The notes beneath the pieces are model-generated. The model had not been told where the DNA came from, made no database searches, and saw only the letters and a program-made list of their open reading frames with translations. A program made the translations under genes and the position numbers. A DNA stretch of 64,000 nucleotides from Spirochaetia bacterium (GTDB lineage: Bacteria > Spirochaetota > Spirochaetia > CADAEX01), in the NCBI GenBank assembly GCA_045606105.1, contig JAZURI010000003.1, forward strand, positions 32,001 through 96,000, given 5' to 3'. Of the stretch, positions 57,469 through 64,000 are shown one piece after another; position 1 is the first letter of the stretch, and each line of letters starts with the position of its first letter.

Positions 57469-60400
57469 TAGCTTTCAGCTCCTGTAATTAATGCCTGTTT
57501 CTTTTCCTTTTTCTCCTTTCTGCCTGAAAAAAGGAACTGGGATGCCGGGATGATATAAAGGGTCAGTACTGTTGAAACCAACAGACCTCCTACACTTACC
57601 AGACCCATCGGCTGTCTCATTTCCACCCCCTGTGCACCGATACCGATGGCCATAGGAAGAAGACCAAGGATAGTGGCGATGTTTGACATGAGGATAGCCT
57701 TCAGCTTTGTAGGACAGGCCTCGATAAGGGCATCCTTCATGGACATTCCCTGCTCACGCCTCAGCTGGTTGGTGTAGTCCAGGATAAGGATAGCGTTGTT
57801 TACTACCATACCTACAAGCATGATGATAGCCATCATACCGATAAAGTTCATCTTGATTCCGGTCAGGAGGAAGATGGCGACAACACCGATCATGGCCAGC
57901 GGAACCGTGGAAAGGATAAGCACCGGCTGCCAGAGGTTTTCCAGGATTGCTGCCAGAAGCATGTATGTCAGTACTATGGCAATGATGAATACCAGGGCCA
58001 TCTGCTGCATGGTCTTGGTCATCTCTTCCGCATTTCCGGCCGGCTGGTACATGTATCCGTAAGGGAAGTCTATTTCTCCGATAATATTCTCTATTTCCGC
58101 AAGGATGGTACTCTGGGCATGACCCGGTGCCACATCGGCGGTAAACTCGATTACCTTTTCCCTGTCGGATCTGGTGATCTTGTTGAAGCCTTCGGTATAC
58201 TTGATATCTGCAAAATGGGAAACAGGGAATATTCCTTTCGGTGTGGAAACCATTACATTCCTGATATCCTCATAGCTCTTGATGTTTTCATCAACAAGGA
58301 TAACCTTGATGTCATATTCCTCTCCGCCGTCCTTGAACTGTGTCATGTCCATACCGTCCAGGGCAGTTCTCAGGGTTACGGCAATTTCCTGTACAGATGT
58401 TCCTGTATCGGAAATCTTTTTAAGGTCAGGAGTTATGGTAATTTCAGGTGCTCCGGACTTGCTGGTGGTGTTAAGGTTCATTACACCCGGAATCCTTTCA
58501 ATGAGAGGATAGATCTCATTCTTGTATTCATCCAGCTTATGCATGTCAGGTCCCTTGAGATAGAAGTCGATAGGGGCGCTGCTTGGTCCGTTGGCTGCAG
58601 ATGCAGCTCTGATTACCGCACCCGGAAGGTCTGAAAGGTCCTTGGTTATCATACCTGCTATCTGTGTTGTGGTATAAGGTCTATCTGCCTTAGGCACCAG
58701 GGTAAGGGTAACCTTGGCCACGTTTACACCTGTATCGATGATAGAGAGTCTTCCGATGGTGGTTGTTCCCTGCTCGATATAATCGGTATATTTCTTAAGC
58801 CTGTTTTCTACTATCTTTGTGAATTCTGTGGTAGACTCAAGGTCATTTCCCTTGGCCAGCTCCATTTCAATTTCGATTTTTCCCTGGTCCATGTCAGGCA
58901 TGAACTCAAACGGAATATATTTGAAAAGGTACATTGATGCAACAAACAGCACGAAGGAGGCTCCCACTACCATGAGACATCTGAGCTTTGTTCCGAGAAT
59001 GGCGGAAACAGTCTTCTTGTAGGCTCTTTCCCAGGATTTGAACATGGCTTCCAGCTTATCTCCGATAACATGCTTCTTGTTGTCCTTTTCAGGAATGATG
59101 TAGGCTGCCAGCATAGGGGTAAGGGTAAAGGCAATGAAAAGAGAGAACAGTGTTGCAAAAACTACAGCCAGGGCAAACTCTGCCAGGAACTGACCGATGA
59201 TACTGTTCATGGTACCCAGCGGAAGGAATACCGCAACGTTGGTAAGGGCTGATGCCAGAACTGCCACCGCAATCTCTGTTGTACCCTTGGAAGCGGCTTT
59301 CTTGCTGGATTCCCCGTTTTCCTTGTGTCTGAAAATGTTTTCCAGGATAACTACGGAGTTCATTACCAATACACCTACGGCAGTGGAAAGTCCCATGAGT
59401 GACATTACATTGAGGGAATATCCCATTATCTGCATTGTAATGAAGGTCGGAATGATGGAAATAGGCATTGTAACCGCTACAATGATGGTAGACCTGAAGG
59501 AGTGGAGGAAGAACAGGAGAATGGCTGCTGTAAACAGGATACCAAGGATGATGTTTGACATGGTATCATCAATGGAGTTCTGTGTTACGGAAGCTTCCTC
59601 TGCTGTAATGTAAAGGTTTACACCTGCAGGAAGCTCGCTGCTGATGTCCCTGATTACCTTTTCAATTCCTTTATAGATTTCTACAGCGTTTCCTTCCGAT
59701 GTCTTGGTGATTTCGAAAAGGATGGCGTTGTCGTTTCTGATGTCTTCCTTCAGGTTGAAATAGATAGTCCTCTCCCTGGCCTTTTCATGGGAGTCGGTAA
59801 CAGTGGCCACATCCTTTATTTTCTTGTAGCCCTTGCCTGTAGGGATTTCAAGCTCTCCCACAGCCTCTATGGTTTCGAATTCACCGTCAAACTTTACGGA
59901 AAACTCCTGTCCCTTGTCCTGGAAGGTTCCGGTAGGAAGGTTGATGTTTGAAGCAGCCAGTACATTGTTTACCTGCACCAGGGAAATCTGGTTCTGGAAA
60001 ACAACCTTGTTGTCAAATTCCACATGGATCTCTCTTTCGAGACCTCCTGTAAGGGTGGTTTCACCTACACCGTTTACCTGTGAGAAAAGGTTCTTTATTT
60101 TCTTGTCGGCCAGGTCATAAAGCTCTGTCATGGAGATCTGGCTGCTGTCTCCTGCCAGAAGTACATTCATGATCGGCTGTTCGTTGATGTTGATCTTGAT
60201 GATTTCCGGTGCATCGGCTCCGTCGGGAAGATCTCCCAGGATGTTGTCTACCTTGTTGGTGGTTTCCTGGACCGCCGTGTCCTGGTCTTTTCCCATCTCA
60301 AATTTCAGCAGTATCAGCGCCACGTTTTCAAGGGAGTAGGAGGTTATCTCATCCAGTCCGCTGATCATGGATACCGCATCCTCGATTTTCTTGGTTACCT

Positions 60401-60584
60401 GGGATTCAATCAGGTCAGGGGAGGCACCTGTGTACTGTACCTGAACTACTACATAAGGAAGATCGACAGATGGTGTGATGTTTGTAGGAAGGGTGGTGTA
60501 TGCCAGTCCTCCGAACAGAATAAGGCCTATGATGACCATAGACATGAGAACAGGCCTTTTTATAGATAATTCAGCAATATTCAT
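57468..60584 (-). CDS. RND permease, AcrB/SwrC-like
   Basis: SIKRPV, GASP..IES.VTK.IE, NSVVILENI, VNNAILILD; 1038 aa. Confidence 0.95.
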   Translation of the reverse strand: MNIAELSIKRPVLMSMVIIGLILFGGLAYTTLPTNITPSVDLPYVVVQVQYTGASPDLIESQVTKKIEDAVSMISGLDEITSYSLENVALILLKFEMGKDQDTAVQETTNKVDNILGDLPDGADAPEIIKININEQPIMNVLLAGDSSQISMTELYDLADKKIKNLFSQVNGVGETTLTGGLEREIHVEFDNKVVFQNQISLVQVNNVLAASNINLPTGTFQDKGQEFSVKFDGEFETIEAVGELEIPTGKGYKKIKDVATVTDSHEKARERTIYFNLKEDIRNDNAILFEITKTSEGNAVEIYKGIEKVIRDISSELPAGVNLYITAEEASVTQNSIDDTMSNIILGILFTAAILLFFLHSFRSTIIVAVTMPISIIPTFITMQIMGYSLNVMSLMGLSTAVGVLVMNSVVILENIFRHKENGESSKKAASKGTTEIAVAVLASALTNVAVFLPLGTMNSIIGQFLAEFALAVVFATLFSLFIAFTLTPMLAAYIIPEKDNKKHVIGDKLEAMFKSWERAYKKTVSAILGTKLRCLMVVGASFVLFVASMYLFKYIPFEFMPDMDQGKIEIEMELAKGNDLESTTEFTKIVENRLKKYTDYIEQGTTTIGRLSIIDTGVNVAKVTLTLVPKADRPYTTTQIAGMITKDLSDLPGAVIRAASAANGPSSAPIDFYLKGPDMHKLDEYKNEIYPLIERIPGVMNLNTTSKSGAPEITITPDLKKISDTGTSVQEIAVTLRTALDGMDMTQFKDGGEEYDIKVILVDENIKSYEDIRNVMVSTPKGIFPVSHFADIKYTEGFNKITRSDREKVIEFTADVAPGHAQSTILAEIENIIGEIDFPYGYMYQPAGNAEEMTKTMQQMALVFIIAIVLTYMLLAAILENLWQPVLILSTVPLAMIGVVAIFLLTGIKMNFIGMMAIIMLVGMVVNNAILILDYTNQLRREQGMSMKDALIEACPTKLKAILMSNIATILGLLPMAIGIGAQGVEMRQPMGLVSVGGLLVSTVLTLYIIPASQFLFSGRKEKKEKKQALITGAES

Positions 60585-60590
60585 GATATA

Positions 60591-61634
60591 TTACTCCTGA
60601 TCTATAACCCTGATTGTTGTTCCGTCGGAAATGTTCCTGTTTCCGTCAGTGATAAGGGCATCTCCGAACTTGAGACCGCTGATGATCTCCACCTGGTCCT
60701 TGAAGTTCTTTCCTGTCACGATCTGCTTTCTTACAGCCTTGTTGTCCTGTGCCAGGAAAACGAAAGCCTTCTCTCCCTGGAAAATAATATTCTTTCTTTC
60801 AAGAACAACGATATTCTGCTTTTCGTATGTTACCAGGGTAATCTTTGCATTTACACCGCTGGGGATAGTGGTTCCGTTGTTGATGAATTCGATTACGGCA
60901 CCGAAAGCCTGCTTGTCAGGGTTCATGGCCAGGTCCAGCTGGACAATCTTTCCCTCGATGAAGTTTCCTTCCCATGTGGCTGTTGCTGTATCTCCCAGCT
61001 TTACGGAGCTGATATCCTTTTCCTGGATCCAGATCCTGCTTTTCAGCCTGCTGATGTCGGAAACGGCAAAAAGCACATCTCCCGATTTTACATCATCGGT
61101 TTCGGTAACATTCATTCTGGTAAGTGTTCCGCTGATAGGGGCAATGACATCAATTTTTTCCTTTACATTGTTCCAGTTGGCCAGGCTCACCTCGTACTGG
61201 GTCTTGGCATTGTCATAGTCCTGTTTTGAAATACCCTGGGCTTTGAAAAGGGCAGACATTCTATCAAAGGTGGCCTTTGCATTTTCATAGGAGGTTTTCA
61301 GCTGATAATAGTTGGCAGCCGGGTTGTTCTTAGGGAATGATACGATTACATCATCCTTCTTTACCTGATCTCCTACGGAAAAATGGATTTTTTCCACGGA
61401 ATCATCTATTTTTGCAGATGCTGTGGATTCCTTGATACCGTTTACTGCAGAATCATATGTAAGGATATATCTGAAATTAGCCGGTTTCAGGGACTTCACA
61501 TTTACAGGAACCCCCTCCTCGGCATGAATCTGGGCCATGCTTTTTGTATTTATCTCCTCGTCGCTTTTCTTGCTGCAGCCTGTAAAAGCCAATGATGCTG
61601 CAAGTACTGCAACTCCTAAAATCCTGATGTTCAT
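60591..61634 (-). CDS. RND periplasmic adaptor (lipoprotein)
   Basis: FTGC lipobox, VGDQVKKDD, APISG, VEIISGL..GD. Confidence 0.92.
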   Translation of the reverse strand: MNIRILGVAVLAASLAFTGCSKKSDEEINTKSMAQIHAEEGVPVNVKSLKPANFRYILTYDSAVNGIKESTASAKIDDSVEKIHFSVGDQVKKDDVIVSFPKNNPAANYYQLKTSYENAKATFDRMSALFKAQGISKQDYDNAKTQYEVSLANWNNVKEKIDVIAPISGTLTRMNVTETDDVKSGDVLFAVSDISRLKSRIWIQEKDISSVKLGDTATATWEGNFIEGKIVQLDLAMNPDKQAFGAVIEFINNGTTIPSGVNAKITLVTYEKQNIVVLERKNIIFQGEKAFVFLAQDNKAVRKQIVTGKNFKDQVEIISGLKFGDALITDGNRNISDGTTIRVIDQE

Positions 61635-62293
61635 TTTCCCTCCTGATAAATCTTGTAGCTATGAAAAATACCTTCTATGAATCTGTCTATGACATTGTCC
61701 ACTGTTTCCTTGTCCAGTTCCGGAAAGGGCTTGGAAAGATGTCCGATAAGCCCGTCCACAAAGGAACTCATGGCAATGAAGCTTTCGTAGATCTCCTGTT
61801 TCTTTTCCGGCTCCTGTGTAATATCGATGCCGTATCCTCTGCAGGTTCTATCCACTATGGCATCCCGCATTTCAGTACTTGAAAGGGAATGCTTCTCGTT
61901 GGTTATAGCCATGAATATCTTGTCTGAAAGGGTCTGCTCCTCATTAAGGAAGGTATTCATCAGCACCTTTCTCTTTACTCTGACAGATTTGTTGTCTATA
62001 TACCAGTGACACAGACCCTTGATGGTGTTGGTTATCTTTTCCTGCGGTGTTTTTCCGGTTTCATAGAAAAAATTCAGCTTATCCGAAGTTTCTTCATATA
62101 ATGTTCCGGCAATACAGAGCAGTATATCTTCCTTGTTCTTGAAATACCAGTAAAAAGCTCCTCTGGTAACTTTAGCCAGCTTGCATATATCGCTGATCTT
62201 GGCTCTGGAATAACCCATCTTGTCGAAAACAGTCACTGCTGATTCGATTATGGCGAGCCTGGTTTTTTCTGCATCTTCATGTGTTCGTTTCAT
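61631..62293 (-). CDS. TetR/AcrR-family regulator
   Basis: MKRTHEDAEKTRLAIIESA...VTRGAFYWYFKNKEDI; GAGGTG SD before ATG 62293. Confidence 0.93.
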   Translation of the reverse strand: MKRTHEDAEKTRLAIIESAVTVFDKMGYSRAKISDICKLAKVTRGAFYWYFKNKEDILLCIAGTLYEETSDKLNFFYETGKTPQEKITNTIKGLCHWYIDNKSVRVKRKVLMNTFLNEEQTLSDKIFMAITNEKHSLSSTEMRDAIVDRTCRGYGIDITQEPEKKQEIYESFIAMSSFVDGLIGHLSKPFPELDKETVDNVIDRFIEGIFHSYKIYQEGK

Positions 62294-62310
62294 GGACACC
62301 TCTTAAAGTT

Positions 62311-62367
62311 TACATACAAACAGTTTGTTTATAAAAGGAATATAATAATAACATTTTAATAAGTCAA
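62311..62367 (-). promoter_or_regulatory. tetR-RND promoter and palindromic operator
   Basis: Minus-strand TTGACT-17-TATATT; palindrome ACAAAC-a-GTTTGT at 62316-62328. Confidence 0.7.
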
Positions 62368-62400
62368 TAATAAACAGATATTTTTGAAGGGATTTTCAAT

Positions 62401-62424
62401 AAAAAAGGCTTCCCTCCGGAAGCC
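62401..62424 (-). terminator. Intrinsic terminator after the TPR lipoprotein gene
   Basis: GGCTTCC/GGAAGCC stem with a T run on the minus strand. Confidence 0.7.
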
Positions 62425-62430
62425 CTTGTG

Positions 62431-62850
62431 TTATTTTCGTTTAAGCCAGCTGAAAAGGGATTTCTTATTCTTTTCCTTTTCTATTTCCGCAAGAATCTTA
62501 TGGGCCATTACCCTAGGCCATTCAGGATAGTATATTGCTTCGTCAGTTTCATATTTGTCCAGAAGCTGTCTGAAAAGGGCCTCTGATTCATCATATTTTT
62601 CCTGCTTGTATTTAATAAAAGCAATTTCGTACTCTGCTTCGATTATCTTGTTCTTCATATCAGGATAACGGAGCATGAATTCCTCGTAGTAGGCGATAGC
62701 CAGCTTGTATCTGTTCCAGTTTATTACAGCCTCCTGAGCCTTCTGGAAAAATTCCTCCGGAGTAACATTTTCATCCTTCAGATCCTTTGGAACCGATGAA
62801 CAGGATGCGAGAAAAACTGCAAGTGTTATAAAAAGAATTATTTTTTTCAT
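62431..62850 (-). CDS. TPR lipoprotein, BamD-like
   Basis: LASC lipobox; FQKAQEA...AIAYYEEF..RYP...EAEYEIA TPR pattern. Confidence 0.75.
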   Translation of the reverse strand: MKKIILFITLAVFLASCSSVPKDLKDENVTPEEFFQKAQEAVINWNRYKLAIAYYEEFMLRYPDMKNKIIEAEYEIAFIKYKQEKYDESEALFRQLLDKYETDEAIYYPEWPRVMAHKILAEIEKEKNKKSLFSWLKRK

Positions 62851-62914
62851 ATTGATCCTTAAACCTCAGTTATCATAACATAATCATCTTTTTTATGTCT
62901 ACAGAAATTATATT

Positions 62915-63583
62915 CTAAAAAAAGTAATAAACCTCGGGTTCGAAAAGCTCCTCTGTTTTTTCCTTTTCTGTTTCCAGCTCCTCAAGGTTTCCCGAAAAGC
63001 TGCTTATTTTCCAGCTGTCATCAACCTTTTCAAGGGTGAATTCACAGATACAGGAGCCTTTTTTTCCGAATCCCCTTACCGCAACCAGGGCCTTTCCCCC
63101 GTTTTCACGGCTCTGACCTATCCTGATTTCCTCAGGGATGTATCCGTTTTTTCTCCATTCCTCGAACAGCATGGTAAGAACCACCCTGTTTTCCTGTGTG
63201 AAAAGGGCTTCTGCCTGCTTTCTCAGGTTTCCGGCCTCATAGCATCTGAAGAAGCTCCGTACTGCATTTTCCGGAGTACCGGCCTCATCCTCCGGTGTCA
63301 GGTTTCCTATGATGAAGTCCTTGGGGTAGATTCCCTCTCCGGTACCGGTCATGAGAAATCGTCTGCTGCCGTAGTTATCTGCCGACAGCCTGCGGTTTTC
63401 CTTTGTTTCAGGCTTGTTTCTGGATTCGATTATGGATTTTTCCAGCTCTCCGATCCTGTCGGTGCCAAGCTCTGCCGCCGGGGCTTTATTGTCCTGTGCC
63501 GGAACAGTTTCCGCCGAAGGGCTCTCTTTTGAGCATGAAACCGTGAGTAAGATAATTAATACGAAACAGAGAAGCTTGTCCAT
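62915..63583 (-). CDS. Hypothetical lipoprotein with NTF2-like C-terminus
   Basis: TVSC lipobox; TPENAVRSFF...LEKVDDSWKI. Confidence 0.65.
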   Translation of the reverse strand: MDKLLCFVLIILLTVSCSKESPSAETVPAQDNKAPAAELGTDRIGELEKSIIESRNKPETKENRRLSADNYGSRRFLMTGTGEGIYPKDFIIGNLTPEDEAGTPENAVRSFFRCYEAGNLRKQAEALFTQENRVVLTMLFEEWRKNGYIPEEIRIGQSRENGGKALVAVRGFGKKGSCICEFTLEKVDDSWKISSFSGNLEELETEKEKTEELFEPEVYYFF

Positions 63584-63638
63584 TTATTAAAATATAGCAT
63601 ATAAAAATCCATTTGAAAATAGCCGGAGCCATTATCCC

Positions 63639-63667
63639 TTGACATTAGAATTTTTGAGGTCTAATAT
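63639..63667 (+). promoter_or_regulatory. Sigma70 promoter of fba
   Basis: TTGACA-17-TAATAT. Confidence 0.7.
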
Positions 63668-63704
63668 TATAGAAACCCAAAAAAATTAATGGAGCGTGCT
63701 TAAT

Positions 63705-64000
63705 ATGGTAAGTTACAAAGAACTGGGATTGGTAAATACCAGGAAAATGTTTGAAAAGGCGGTAAAGGAGTCTTATGCGGTTCCTGCATATAATTTCAAC
63801 AACATGGAACAGCTTCAGGCTATCATCATGGCTTGTGTAGAGACAAAATCTCCCGTAATCATTCAGGTTTCATCCGGTGCCAGAAAATATGCAAACCCGA
63901 ACCTTCTCAAGAATATGGCAAAAGGGGCAGTGGAATATGCTCACGAGCTGGGATATGACATTCCTATTTGTCTTCACCTTGACCACGGAGATACTTTCGA
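63705..64000 (+). CDS. fba: Class II fructose-bisphosphate aldolase (partial)
   Basis: Manual translation MVSYKELGLVNTRKMF...YAVPAYNFNNMEQ...SPVIIQVS...LHLDHGD. Confidence 0.95.
   Translation, partial: MVSYKELGLVNTRKMFEKAVKESYAVPAYNFNNMEQLQAIIMACVETKSPVIIQVSSGARKYANPNLLKNMAKGAVEYAHELGYDIPICLHLDHGDTF

Overview
Chromosomal window (about 45-50% GC by eye) from a Spirochaetia-type bacterium, judged by the gene orders rpsB-tsf-frr (no pyrH) and mraZ...ftsZ-xerD-dprA-topA-xerC-hslVU-flagellar genes. Most of it is housekeeping: translation genes, dcw cluster, cysS with an ECF sigma/anti-sigma pair, hup-rsgA-mutS2, thrS, a shikimate operon, an RND efflux system and fba. The standout is 22332-33642. 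At the ancestral spirochaete fla locus the flagellar operon is reduced to an open, tightly coupled set: short FliF, FliG, FliH, N-terminal-only FliI, a FliK-C-like ORF, a FliM-FliN fusion, FliO/P/Q/R, transmembrane-only FlhB, FlhA, FlhF and FliA. Rod, hook, stator, FliL, FliJ and FlhG genes are missing here. The losses fall on motility-specific parts (FliF RBM3, FliG torque residues, FliM CheY-binding peptide, FlhB NPTH switch, FliI ATPase), suggesting a non-motile, flagellum-derived export or channel complex; slow decay is the alternative. Also seen: a Phe/Tyr leader-peptide attenuator before the aro operon, a 4x23-bp repeat array, a 17-bp motif repeated in inverted orientation 3.4 kb apart, and recurrent near-leaderless promoters. 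All homology calls are motif recognition from memory, not database searches. No rRNA, tRNA, CRISPR array or IS element was recognised.
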